A DNA stretch of 63,815 bases, filler included, from Hausera hauseri (lineage: Eukaryota), in NCBI GenBank assembly GCA_046269625.1. It is 11 parts of 11 records of this genome, joined end to end, with 100 filler letters (N's around TTAATTAATTAA, not from the genome) between each part and the next. Parts side by side here need not be neighbours in the genome. Positions count along the whole stretch, not along the records: positions 10,958 to 15,910 come from JBJURY010380813.1; positions 16,011 to 21,330 come from JBJURY010280840.1; positions 21,431 to 26,026 come from JBJURY010512683.1; 8 more parts are not named here. One strand, given 5' to 3'. The translations under genes were made by a program, and so were the position numbers. The notes beneath the pieces are model-generated. The model saw nothing but the letters and a program-made list of their open reading frames with translations. It made no database searches and was not told the DNA's origin. This document shows positions 12,990-26,126 of the stretch, one piece after another (within the stretch, counting starts at the first letter, position 1; each line of letters opens with the position of its first letter).

Positions 12990-14120
12990 TTATAAAATAT
13001 CTAGTTTATGCAATTCATTTATCCGTTTTTCGTCTAGATTCTCATAGAACTGTCTACTTATTCGTAACAAACTATTGATTAATGCTGCAATTAATTCGTC
13101 TGAAATTATTACCTGCATATCGGATGAGGCAAATGACGTATGATACTTAGCCAATAAAGTTCTTAGTAATGGATCTGTGTCCACCGATTTGGGGATACCA
13201 TTTCTTCCTGCTAATAATAAACGTCTTACTATTTCTTCGTTTCTGTCTTTTTTGTTACAAATATTGCTTATTTTTGTTCCTTTTGGCCTAACTCTTTTGT
13301 TGGCTTCTGTCTGAACTGTGACGTCTTATGAATCACCTGTAGGAATTTCTTATACTCCGTGTGGTTCCATTTCCCTTAAAATATTCTACACCGTTGCCTG
13401 TGCTCTTGCCTCTGGATGTATTTTGGTTATAATTGTCGGATCATAGTTCTCACTTCTACATCCAATTCTCAATAATTTATCGTAGTTATATAACGTCCTT
13501 CCATAGTAATTTAATCCACAAGGATTCCCTTGGTAAAAAGGCTCTAATTCCTCAATCTTTTCTCTTAAAGTTTGCATGTCGTCTGTTTCGTTCATCCTAA
13601 TGACCATCATATCTTGGTTTCCTTACATTACCGCTATCCGTATGACTTCATTTCTTCCTTTCTTATCTTCGACAGCTTTGGCCAGTACTGTTCTGGCTAT
13701 TTCTCTTACAAGACTGTTATTTTTGGCTAATAATACTAATTGAGGTAAGATTTCGTTCATCCTTTCTAACGTCACTTTATTGGTAATTATCTACAGTGTC
13801 GTGGTAGTCGTTTTGTCTACATCAGTTATATTATCGGGATCGACAGTCATTACTACCTGAATGATATTGTTTTCCTCGTCTAAATCTACAACTGGATTCC
13901 TTATTACTTGATCTAATGTAGCTTCATCAAATATTAATGTAGCTTGAGTTTCATCTTTATCAAATAAAGGTATACTAAGGTTACTTTTCTTTCTTCCTCT
14001 TTTCTTTTCCTTTACTACGTCTTTCCTCTTTGTTGATGTTTCTCTTGATCTAACCCCTACGTCAGTTATTTTCTTACTGCCTTTTTTTCTTCCTTTATGC
14101 GATGCTTTTTTCTCCAATTA
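12990..14120 (-). pseudogene. Accessory ORF between gag and env: Lys-rich segment, ubiquitin-like domain (about 13400-13650), helical segment
   Basis: VIRIAVM*GNQDMMVIRMNETDDMQTLREKIEEL...LNYYGRTLYNYDKLLRIG follows the beta-grasp pattern and is homologous to 29398-29730. Confidence 0.55.
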
Positions 14121-14379
14121 ATGTCCTATCATATAGATATTATTCTCTTTCAGTCTTTGCTGCTGTTTTCTATAATCTTTTATTTCTATTTCAAATTGCT
14201 TCTTCATACGTCGAGATAACGTATCATTTATATAGTGAACACTTTCTTTCTTTTTATCCTTTTTCGTAACTTTGTGTTCAGTAGCACTATCATCTGTTTC
14301 GTATTTTTGTTAGATAATTCTTCTGACGCAGCTAATGTGTAATCTTTCTTTTGTTTATTCTTATTACTTGATTTCGAGA

Positions 14380-15200
14380 TGTCTCCTCTACGTGATCTAC
14401 ATGATTACGCTATATAGATGTATTTATTGCAATTAAAACATTTCAAACTTCATTCGGAATCTATATGAGGTAATGTTCTTCCACCCTTCTTAGATTGCTT
14501 CTTATAACTTGCCTTCTCTCTATCATTCCGGAAATTAAATCTTACTTTCTTTTCTGCGTCTGACTCAGCTTCTGTGGCTGACGTCTGTGAAGGACTTTTA
14601 TTTCTTTCATAATGTTGATATTTTTGAGTACTATTGTTTCTTATTTTTATCGTAGCCATTACATTTAGGCTTATACCACATATATAGTTCCGCATCTCGT
14701 TCGGCTTTTTCCGCCTTTCTTATTGCCTCTTGAAACATAGGTGGGTCTGCTTGTGAAATTATTGTCTTTAACCTTTCTTCTAATCCATATTGGAATTGGG
14801 CTAACAATGCATTATTCAGTATCTTAATGTTAGGATATGCTCTCGCTGCGAGCCTCTCTAATGCACAGACAAAGTCCTGGACTGTTTCGTTTTTACGTTG
14901 CCTCCATTTATGAATTCTTCAATTTTCCACTTTCCAGAGGGATTTATTAAAATCTTTCAAGGCAATTTTTCTTTAATTCCTTTCCAGTCCTTCTTGTTCT
15001 CATTTGATATTTGGAAGTATATCACGAGAGCCGTCCCTTTTACATGAAGGGGTAATCTTTCAACTCTTGTTTATTATCCCATCTAAACCTTTGGAATATA
15101 CTTCATATTCCATCATAAAATCCTATATGTCTTCCTTACCTGGAAATTTTTTTATTTGTAGGCTGAAATCAGCCTTCTACTAAATTACCTGTTCTACTTT
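14380..15200 (-). pseudogene. gag: Ty3/Gypsy-type gag, degenerate
   Basis: Hand translation gives RLPLHVKGTAL, WKGIKEK, RQRKNETVQDFV and LAQFQYGL, plus a decayed CCHC knuckle CFNCNKYIYIA*SCR near 14395-14440. Confidence 0.75.
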
Positions 15201-16783
15201 ATGATTTGCTATTGGTTCGTTCTCACTTAGGTTTTTTAAATATTCTAGTCCGAAGGGCTCGTTTTCCTCTGGTTGATAAATTGATCTTTTTTTGTGGTAA
15301 TGTTGATACTTTTATAAAGGTCTGGAAATAATAATCCCGGGTCACGGCATTAGTTTGTTCAATCCTCACTAATTACTTTCGAAGAGACTTTTACGTAAAT
15401 GATTCATTAATGGGGCAAACAAATATCTTTAACTTTAATCGCTGTGAGAGGGTTTGCAGAGATGTGAGGTGATAGCCTAGTAGGGAGAAAATGGCGGTTC
15501 TAGCCCACCCCGTGGGAGGGGGTAATTGATAAAACGGTTTTGCACATGTCCCGATCGATAGCGTACACTGTGCACTATCGATCCATAAAGTGACTAGCAA
15601 CGGTGCCGCTAGACACCGTTGCTAAGGGCACTTTTTCCCTTTTCACTTATCGATCGCTGCGCAGTGCAGTATTAATCGAATCGGTCAGAACAAAGTGCTA
15701 ATCGATAGAGCACATCAAGGCGCTTCGACTGGTGCACAGTGCAAGTGTGCAAAAATCAATAATATCGAATTTCCGATAAATCCAATATGGCTGATTAGCA
15801 TTTGCAACCGGGTGCAATCGGAAGCAAACATGGTGTAGTATATGAATGTGCAGTTAGAATTTAAATTTATTGATTAGTTATTGATTAATATCGATCGAAA
15901 GTGCAAAATGNNNNNNNNNNNNNNNNNNNNNNNNNNNNNNNNNNNNNNNNNNNNTTAATTAATTAANNNNNNNNNNNNNNNNNNNNNNNNNNNNNNNNNN
16001 NNNNNNNNNNAAACAAACCTTGCTTTATTAATTTTACGGAATTTTCTAATTTGTTTTTGTAATAATTTGATATCCGAAAGAATGCATCACGTCACGTTCT
16101 TTGTCCTTATTGGAAACCACATGCAAATGTACATTAAAATGAAATCTACATATGGGGTACTATACATACAATAAGAACTGTAAAACAGATGCTGCATACA
16201 GGGGTAACACATGCAAAAAGTGCTGTAAAACAGAAGAAAAGTAGGGGAATTTATAAACTCAAGAAGCTTTTAATATTATATAATAAGAATTGAGTAAATC
16301 CATGCTTTGGGAATATGCTGGGCACACGACTGCTTGGATAATTTAAAAAATTTACACAATTTCAGTTACTAAGTATAATATATGAGTATATTTAATAATT
16401 AAATCAACATTGCCCCGTTAGTTATAAAAATATAATAAAAAAAGGAAGTACACTTACTTTTTTGCATATCCTTCTCCATCTTTCAGTGATTTCTAAAATT
16501 GAATAAATGCTTGTCATTTACCAACTATATAGGCAAATTACTTTGATAACTTGTCTAAATCAAAAATTTTTTTCTTAAAAGTAAATTTTACACCAATAAA
16601 CTTCAATGGAATATGCTGGAATAGTTTCATATTCAAGGACTCATGATTATTTATTTTTAACTTTGTTAATTTAATTCAATAATATCGAATATTATTTGCA
16701 TATTACCCTTCAACTGAAAATGTCATTTACTATTGAATTAATAACCTTTTGATTGAACAAATTACCACGTTTGAACTATTAGG

Positions 16784-17623
16784 CGTTGTAAAGCTTTGCT
16801 TTACAAACAAAAATAATAAGTACAAAAAATAAACAAATCACGAATTAGCCCAAATATATAAGTAACAAAAATCTGTGGATTTACACCAATTTGTTTAAAT
16901 CCACGAATCAGCAAAAGAGTTTAACTTTTCAAAAAAGGGAAAGCGACAAACATCAAATTCGCGTTGTTGTGGTCATCATCAGCAGCTGCAGTTTCCGCTG
17001 CGACTCCATTGTTACCAACCACATATCGAATGGACCATCTGTCGAAATATTCCAATTTATTCGCCGATTAACCCACACTGATGACGATTACGGAAATTAC
17101 AACCAACGCGACATATCAATTCAATATGGCACTTGTCAATCGACTCGACGACGCCACGTGGTCTCATCACAACTGACGACAGCTCATCGCCTCGTAATTT
17201 TTGTCAGTCATTCTGTTATCAACACTTCATCATTTTCATAAGATATCAAATGCGAATTCAATCGAATGGATGTAGACATGAACGCACTTCTCTGTTGATG
17301 ACTACACGCTTTTTCAAGAACGAAATAACCAAGCAGCGACAGCAGCAGCCGTGACGATGACAATGACCGAAATGAAGATTCACTAAAATGTTGTCTAAAA
17401 ACAGACAAAATAACCTCAACCAAATACCACATGGCGTCGAGGACATCTCCGCCATCTTCTTATAAGGTGTGGAGTCCAACTCCACCTACACACAACGTCG
17501 AGATCACCTCCGTCAACCTATATTTATTAAAATAAAACTTTTAGTATGGCGTTGTTGTTTCTTACGTTTTCATCAATTGTTTTATCGACTGGATTTTAGT
17601 ACTTGTATTGTGCGACCTATACA
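16784..17623 (+). repeat. 5' LTR (right boundary approximate)
   Basis: The first ~245 nt are repeated at 21095-21330. AATAAA near 17531 and ...CTATACA near 17622. Confidence 0.65.
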
Positions 17624-20600
17624 AGGCTTTGCACAATGCAAACCACTAAAATGCTGGCAGCGAATACCGCACACACGTCCGTTTTGGACAGAACCGTGGA
17701 TACTTATCCGGTTTTCGACAAACACAGCCACTGATAGCAATTCCGCTCAAACTTACACAAACACCGTTGAAATTAATCCGGTAAATACACTCACTAGTGA
17801 CGTCGAAAACAATCCGGTCACACATGCGTACATAACCAAATGTGATCACGTAACACTCACCGACAGTTGTATCAGGAAAAAACTGCAATCAGAAAATCAC
17901 AACGAGCGATTCCGAACAAGTGCCGAAATATACTAGCCCTAACATGCACGATAATAACGCCTACTCGGCGCACAAATCCGATAAAGCAACGATTCCACGA
18001 GAAATCTAGTTTCTTGTGCGAGGCCTACACAATGCGAGAGCACATCGTTTTTCGTCTAATACGTCCCTAAAGGCAATGCTACAACAGTTCGCCAGCTCCT
18101 ACCCGAACCACTCTTTCTCACATAATGCAAGCATCTTGCGGCCATGGAATAATTTCATTTCGGATTATTTTTCCACGCATAATGCGATACTGTTCGCAAC
18201 ACCTAAAATGAGTGGAGGCGTTGACACAATTATGTCCGACAAAAACCGAAACTACTCCAAGCACTGGCCAAACCGCCCAAATTAGCGTGTCCTACCTTTT
18301 CATAGGTTTGGACGGAGTGCCATTGAAATGATTCCATGTGTTTGAAATATGGGCTACTTAATACGGCATTAATGGTCAGTTAAACAAGGCCGTAACCCTA
18401 ATCCAATTTTATTGACCTAACAGCACGATGCGCTGACACAAGTATTAAACACTTCATTTTACAACCGCGTCGAAACACCCGACGATGACAAAGCATCCTG
18501 CATCAATCCCAAGGGGGAAAATTGTACCCACAATGAACCATTCGGTTTACATAAACATGGTCTTCGTTTGTTGAAACGGGAGTCACAAATGATCCAGGCT
18601 GTTACTGTCAAATAAATTGCATTACTAAATCAACAACAAGGATATCCAGTAATTAGTCATTCCATCAATATCCATAAGACGTGTAGGACTCGCACCCACT
18701 GGGATCCAAATGGATCGCAGCAGCTTGGACGACTTTTATTATAACGCTAATGTGATAGCTAATTACGTCAATTACTATCAATCTAGGGCGTCCAAACGTT
18801 GCTGTTTTTCTTTTAAATGCATCAACGGGACGGTCTATTGGCGAACAATACACATTCATCTTTAAAGACACAACAGATTGAACATAACAGAAAATCGAGA
18901 GTTCAAAATTCCATCTACTATGACGCATTAAAAACTCGCCGAACAATGTACCGATTTTCGGTTTCGACTAGACGAGGTTATCAAGTTGGTCCACGAACGT
19001 TGTCCTACTACGGAAGTTGCATTATGCACATCTCTGTGGTTTCATTTCGTTATCAGATTTTGATACGAAAAATCTATCGAGAATGCGAAACACTCCATCT
19101 CGATTTGAATATACGCGGATTATATTCGCTAAAATATGATAACTTTCTTATTATCATCAATTACACATCAACTGATATCCGAGTAATTCAAATATGAAAT
19201 TATATTTAACTGACAATATACGGAGCCAACACATTGGGATCAACAATTCACTTCGAAAGAGAGAACGTACAGTGGCGAGTCGAAAACTTGATCGGTACAG
19301 TGACTCCCTGAAACCGATAGAGCCGACCTTATACCTTTGATTCAATAGTATGTATTGCGCTTAATTTCATCCGACCGATTTGGCCAGTACTATTGATCAC
19401 TTGACCACGACAAATATTAACATGATCGCCGGCCTTGTATAACGGTACACATGGCTTTACGAATTTTCGGTTCCATCCAGCGGCAGTCGATGGAGTCTAC
19501 CGTAATTTTAGTCGGGAGTAACAAAAAATTCAATACCACGTTACGAAAAACGGGCAATTTTGACATCACGTCACAACATCCAAATCTCAGAAAATTCGTT
19601 TGATTTCCTCAAAACAATAAGCGCCATCATGGACTTGATGTCGATACCACCTTTCATACGATCAACGTTTTACAGATCCCTCTTAAATCCAACGATAAAA
19701 TATGGTTAAACGATCAAGTTCCAATGTACTACAGACACACAAACACAATAATGAAAGTGTGTTTGCAAACCAACAGCAAACGTACGTGATTGTGTGCAAC
19801 ATCAACAATCCCCAGGGCACTGAAATTAAACAAAAGTTACCAGCAAGCAGAACAAGCTGTACCCAGTGCTGCATCAAAACTTTTAATCCAGATTATTATT
19901 TGCCCGAATTTATCCTGCACCTATATCAGAATTATCTGCAACTTAGCAGCAATCAAATCATAGCTAAATGTACCTCAATCACCGTATTCCCCTATGTCCG
20001 AATTATACGTATCCCGTTTCAATGCATGAATGGTCAGTCATTGGGTTTTTGTCGATTTATTAAAGGCACGCAATTCCATTACCGGATTCATCGGTTTCGT
20101 CTCTCCAAAACGAGGAAGATCACTACATGCCTAATAATCTGTATAATTACTGCACGACACCAATTTTGAATGCACAGCTTCAGTGGAAACCACGCTTCCA
20201 AATCATTTTATTGCGGCAGCGTTATTTAATTCACTACTGACAATGTTTACAACCAACTGCTTAAAACTGGAGGAGGCAGCGTTGTAAACAATCCAGTTTC
20301 TTCATATGGATAAAACTACAATTTAGTGAAACAAGAATTTCTCTTCTTCATTAAAGTTATCAAGTTACTACAACAAATCTTCGAAATACTCAAATAAAAT
20401 TACAAACGGATCAGTCAATTATTTATCAAACAAAATCAGAATCCAACAATAAAATCGGTGTGTAACACAAATGATCTATATTTACAAATATCGATTCATA
20501 TTACCATTGCATGGGATAAATATATGAATGTACAGGGTAAAGTTTATTTCATTTTGGTATTTGTATTTTACCACTAAAAAGTATATTCGATAAAATCTCG

Positions 20601-21094
20601 ATTTCCAAAAGCATGTAGGAAATAGAGTTTAGCATTAGGTGAATACACAAAATTGTTAAATAGACAAATGCACTTAGCTACTAAACTACATTTCAATAAA
20701 ATATTTTATATAAAGCTACCACAAAGTACACTGCGTCACCCATTTTGGAGCACTTTAGATAACTTAATTTAAATAAAATTTATATGATAAGCTTCACAAA
20801 ATCAATGTTGGTAAATAAAAGTTAATTAAATTTATGTTGTTTTGCTATTATTAAATTAGGTTTCGTGAAAATCAAATTGATATTCAGGCATTCAATTAAC
20901 ATTCCCCGCTCCCAAAATTACAAATCGACGTGTGCAATTTTTTATTACACAAAATGCACACTAAATATGTCAAAATAACAATTACCTCAAATGATAAGGT
21001 GGATTGGTGCAAAATAATTTTTCTCCCTACATTCAATAAATATCTATCAAAACTCCGCTAAAAAATTAACTTGACATCTCAAAAGAACGGGGAG

Positions 21095-21330
21095 TATTGT
21101 AAAGCTTTGCTTTACAAACAAAAAAATAAGTACAAAAAATAAATCACGAATTCGCCCAAAATATAAGTAACAAAAGTCGGGATTTAAACCCATTTGTTTA
21201 AATCCACAGATTAGCAGAAGAGTTTAACTTTTCAAAAAAGGGAAAGCGACAAGCATCAAATTCGCGTTGTTGTGGTCGTCATCAGCAGCTGCAGTTTCCG
21301 CTGCGACTCCATCGTTACCAACCACATATC
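21095..21330 (+). repeat. 3' LTR, truncated by the contig end
   Basis: Follows the PPT and closely matches the 5' copy. Confidence 0.8.
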
Positions 21331-21430
21331 NNNNNNNNNNNNNNNNNNNNNNNNNNNNNNNNNNNNNNNNNNNNTTAATTAATTAANNNNNNNNNNNNNN
21401 NNNNNNNNNNNNNNNNNNNNNNNNNNNNNN

Positions 21431-21726
21431 ATCACAAACTGACTAGGGATGAATGTAATACCCGGTTTTTCAGAGATTGCCTTATGCGAGATATTGGGAA
21501 TATGTGTAATACAAATGAATCCATGTTCTATGTCAAAGATCATGCTGATGGGCGAAAGAAGAAGATATTTAATAGCATATTTCAAGAAATGCGAATATGT
21601 GCATATGAATGCAACAAATTGGTAACTATACCAAAGAACATTACATGTATTAATCGTGAACATGGTTCACATTGAGCATATAAAAAGTGTTTAGCGTTAT
21701 GTCAAAGTTATATTGTTACTAAATAA
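21431..21726 (+). pseudogene. C-terminal part of a small Polinton-associated gene, convergent with PolB
   Basis: FYVKD..GRKKKIF...CINREHGSH*AYKKCLAL resembles the YVKG.EK...C..H..CA pattern of small Polinton accessory proteins. Confidence 0.35.
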
Positions 21727-21877
21727 ATGTGTTACGTAATTAGTTGGTCTTATCCTATATAGTAATTACTTAGTTTTACTTAGCCTTATCCTATGTCTCA
21801 CATAACTTATCAAGAAGACAACACGATATTTCTATACAGCATTTATTAAACAAAAAAATAACAGTGAAAAACAATAT

Positions 21878-24800
21878 CTACAATGCTACATGTCCATGAG
21901 GTAGTGTGTGGATTCCATCACTCAGGATCTGCCTCTTGTCGTCCATCCAATTCAGGCTTTTCTTATTCAGAGTTACTGTTTGTATGTTAAGATCCCTAGA
22001 CTGGATCCTTCGCATCTCTGATATAATATGAGTCTGCTCATGCAGAACTGTCACATAGTTCTGAAAACTGATCTTTTTGGCCAATGTAGCCCATTGAACG
22101 CCCTTGGCTCTCTTTTTGATCTGACCACATACGTCTAGGGCATACATTTTTTACCTGAGAGCCACAAATCTCAAGTTGATTGCTCCATTCACCTCGTCTT
22201 TGAATTTCCCAAGGACCTTTTTGTTGGGATGATCCTTTGGATAGTCCGAGGTATCCATGTGTTGAGCCAACTGGGCAAAGTTCTTATAAATGTCCTCTGT
22301 ATGCATGGACTTGAACTTGGGGACCATAATGTCGTAGTGGAAATTATACATTAGGGTCTTTGACAGCTCGAGGATTGCCATACCCACATATATGGGCTTG
22401 TTGAATAACAGTGCTGTTTTCAGCATATAGATGCCTACAAAGTTCTTAGCATATATAGTGCTGCTGTGAAAGTTAGGTTTGGCAATAAACTTCTTTGCCC
22501 GCTTTCAATCACATACTAGCTCAATTTTGATCCTGTTGCGGATATTTTCCGTGGTCTTGCCAAAAACCGAGTTGTTGTAAAGCTTGAACTGGTCTTTCTC
22601 AAAGTCGTTCTTTGCATTAGTCCGCAGCTTCGTATTGAGATCGATGTATGACTGCAGCCACATGGACTGGCTAAACTGGAGGGCTCTATGGATCTTGGTA
22701 ATACAAAGTCCATGTCTAACTGCCTGATGGAGATTGATGTAGTGGACTACATACCTCTCCCTAATACCCAAATGACAGAGCAGCTTTCTATGCTTTCCAT
22801 AAGGCGGAGGCCTGCTCTCAAGGAGGAAAGGCAGCTGTTGATGACTTGCGCGGATGGAAGCCGGATATTCCATATCCACCTCCATTATGTAACCCGTATC
22901 TCCAATGGGATCCAGGTCCAATATGGGCATATTTTCAAGATTGTTGACCCATTTGACGTTATCATATGGCAATGGGACGCTCATTGCCCCATCCATACAA
23001 GCTGTTGGCATCTAGGTATGATATATATGAGGATTCCTTGGATAGATCATAATCTGTCATGAATTTGTTGTTGGCCTTGATATACCGGTAAATGGCCTGG
23101 CATATTCCACCTCTAATGCCTCCCTCGATCATAAGGATCATGTCATAATCCTTAATAATCGGCAACCTTATGCCGGTATAGCGCAGCATTGCTGCCCAAC
23201 TCATCCTTGGAGCCGTAAAAAAATGAGCCCGATCCAATGCATGGCTCTTCATTGTACCATCCCTGAAGCTCTCCAAGACGTCCATCAGCAGCAGCACGTC
23301 CGTCTTGGGGTATATGTCGCTGTATTCCCTTATTGTTCGGCATTGGAATGCATGGCACACGTTTTTGGCAAGCTGGTAGTCAGCATCACTGATATCACAG
23401 TCAGAGAGGATACTGTAAAAGTCCTTCTTGTCCGGCAATGAGGTCCCATCCAGTGTTTTCCATGAAGTTATGTAGTTATAGGGAAACACGTCTTTACTCT
23501 TGACGAAGTCAAATGCAGTGGGGAAGAACCGCTTCGTCTCCTTGAGTTCTTCTGCAGGGAGGTTCTTCACTAAACTGTCCAGTGAATACGACATGAAACG
23601 AAAGCTGTATATGAAGCGAAACCTGATTTTGCCCACATGCTTGGTAAAGGTGATGTATTTTTCCTCACTGTTGGGGATCACATCAATGTTTCCGTCAATG
23701 CTGCCCAGTTCCCGAATAATGAAGTAGAAATCATAACCACTGAGGTTGTGAAATACTACAGGCACATATGTACATTTTTTGCAGCGAAGATTGCAGTTGT
23801 TGCATGCTGCCCATCGATATGTACCTGTAATATGGCAATGATCCTTGACTTTATGATTTTCCTTGGTGAAAGACTTGTCGCACAAGTAACATGTTGTTGC
23901 CTTGGGCCATTCTTTTGTTTGTTTCTACGACATGCTCATTGTATCTTTATGTTGCTGAAGCATGTTTTCAAGCTTATGAGCCATATATTCAAGTCGTTTC
24001 ATGAAATGTGCTGCTGCACTCGGACCCCTGAATAGAAATGCTTCACTGTCCAGTCCTTTGGCATGCATGCAATACAATGACAGTTCATGATATTGGTATG
24101 CCGTTGTGCTGCTATGTTGGGGACTGGGAGTGCAGCTGTGAACTGGCCTGAAAATAGCTTCAAAGTCGCAATAGACGACAATTGGGACCTTGAGATTCTT
24201 CTCAAACTCCTTGAATTCAATGTAATCCTCCTTGGGAAATTCTGGCCTGATACAGTAATTGTTGTTGCAGTACATATTGTGCTCTGCAAGCTTGTCCACA
24301 ACTGAATCACCACTGAAATGGGAAAAGCATCGTTTGCATATTTCGATTCTTGTTGTGTGTTTCGTAATTTGAGGTCTGACTAGACGTTCAAAGTTCTTTA
24401 TCCATATGCAATGTTTCTTTTCACCATCGTCTAGTAGGAGCAGATCCATATGATCTTCCGATTCAGTATCATATATCTGCAGGGGATAAAATTTATCCTC
24501 CTCATCCAATCCAGTGATGTTGATGGATATGTTGTTGATTCGGCTGAACTTCTTAATTTCATCTAAGGATGGATGGAATGTGATACAATGGGAAGTCATA
24601 GTTGTGTTGCACATTTTTATACAGCCAAACTCGTAAAGCATTATGTTGATCCCGTATGAGTTTTGATAGAATGGCATACATGAAACACATGTTGTCATCA
24701 GTAAAGACATTGATGCATCCTTTTTTATTAGCGATCCAATCAGGGAGATGAATATAGGAACTGTCCTGCATTGGAGAGTACTTGTGCACATACACAAGCA

Positions 24801-25271
24801 ATCTCTTGATGGTTGCTAGAGTCCATCCACTCTTCTTATCCGGAATCTCATCGGCTACACGGATCAGCTTCTCATGCTCTTCATGCAGCCATTCTACTAT
24901 ATTGGTGGCTTCAAAAAGGGTCTATTTCTGGTCTTGAAGGCCCTTTTGGACTCTTCTACATCAACATTGATGTATGTGGCCTCAAGTTTCATATTAGCCT
25001 TAATGGCCTTCAGCTCAGCTATGTTGTTCTGAAGAAACCCCTCTGTCTCGTTCTTTGTGTACTCCAGGAACTCCTTGATGGTTGATTGACCAGTTTCACC
25101 AATGACATATTTGCGGCATTTCCTCTTTAATGCTGCAGCATAACCAGGCCGCTGTCTTTGACTCTTTGATGGAGCCGTTCCGCCTGATGCTGCTGCGTAT
25201 GATGTGGCTGCTCGTTTCAATTCTCTAATATGCTTCGCAGCTGCTGCACCAGATCCAGCAGCATAATGCAA
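21878..25271 (-). pseudogene. polB: Protein-primed family B DNA polymerase with an endonuclease VII-like insert (Polinton/Maverick, beta-adintovirus type), frameshifted
   Basis: ExoI VYCDFE; EndoVII KVKDHCHITG..R.AACNNCN; ExoII FHNLSGYD; motif A YLDANSLYG; motif B KLYNNSVFGKT; PIYVGMAILELSK; LGKFKDE; DDKR. The DTDS motif is deleted. Confidence 0.92.
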
Positions 25272-25343
25272 GGCAGAATACTACGAAGCATCATACTGTA
25301 AAGCAGATTCATCAATATTATGTTGATTTTGATGCGAAGTAAC

Positions 25344-25858
25344 TCAATTGATGTTTGTGATTATAATAGAACTGTATGGAATCTGCACCGCATACAGTCT
25401 CACATCCCGGACATATATAATATTGGATACTTTTGCATTTGTGTCCATAATACAGCTGCATCGTTTCATGACACTATGTGCTTTGGATGTGCAATAATCA
25501 TAGGAACCGCACATCTGATTTGCTTTTAGGACACTTGTTATCATTGGCATATTATTGTTGAATATTTCTTTCTTCCATTTTGTGAACGAGTCCAGATGCT
25601 GTTTATGCTGGTTGTAAAATTCCTCGTAACCGATCCGACACACTACCTGACATACAGGATATACATAGTATTAAGTCCTCTTGTGCTGGTATCAAAAATA
25701 ATTCTGCATTACACTGTGGCAATTCTGCTCCTCGTGTTTCTGCGCCATACAAACTTTGTAGAAGTTGCAAATTTAAACAAATGAATTATGTGTGGAGCAC
25801 AAATAACAAACTCACCATTCTTGGAATTGAATTTGGAAGTGATGAAATATGTAGCCAT
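25344..25858 (-). pseudogene. Unknown Cys-containing ORF upstream of polB, interrupted by stops
   Basis: Co-directional coding-like stretch from the ATG near 25858 through ORF 25344-25643. No recognisable motif. Confidence 0.3.
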
Positions 25859-26126
25859 GTAAACGCATACTGTCTTGTTTATAGATTTTTTTGAACATTC
25901 TAGAACACGTTGTTTTAATGCATCATTTTACATGAACTTGTTTGTATGATGCACTTGACTTGTCAATATCATGCATAGATGTACCAAAATTTGTTTTAAT
26001 GCATCAAATACATAAATTTCTCCGCGNNNNNNNNNNNNNNNNNNNNNNNNNNNNNNNNNNNNNNNNNNNNTTAATTAATTAANNNNNNNNNNNNNNNNNN
26101 NNNNNNNNNNNNNNNNNNNNNNNNNN

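Larger units (their letters stand above)
16784..21330 (+). mobile_element. Heavily decayed Ty1/Copia-like LTR retrotransposon
   Basis: Direct repeats 16784-about 17030 and 21095-21330. PPT AAAAGAACGGGGAG at 21081-21094. Internal relics in INT-RT-RH order: DTIMSDKNRNY, QNSIYYDALK, KYDNFLII (YVDD relic) and an RPDL-like motif. Confidence 0.65.
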
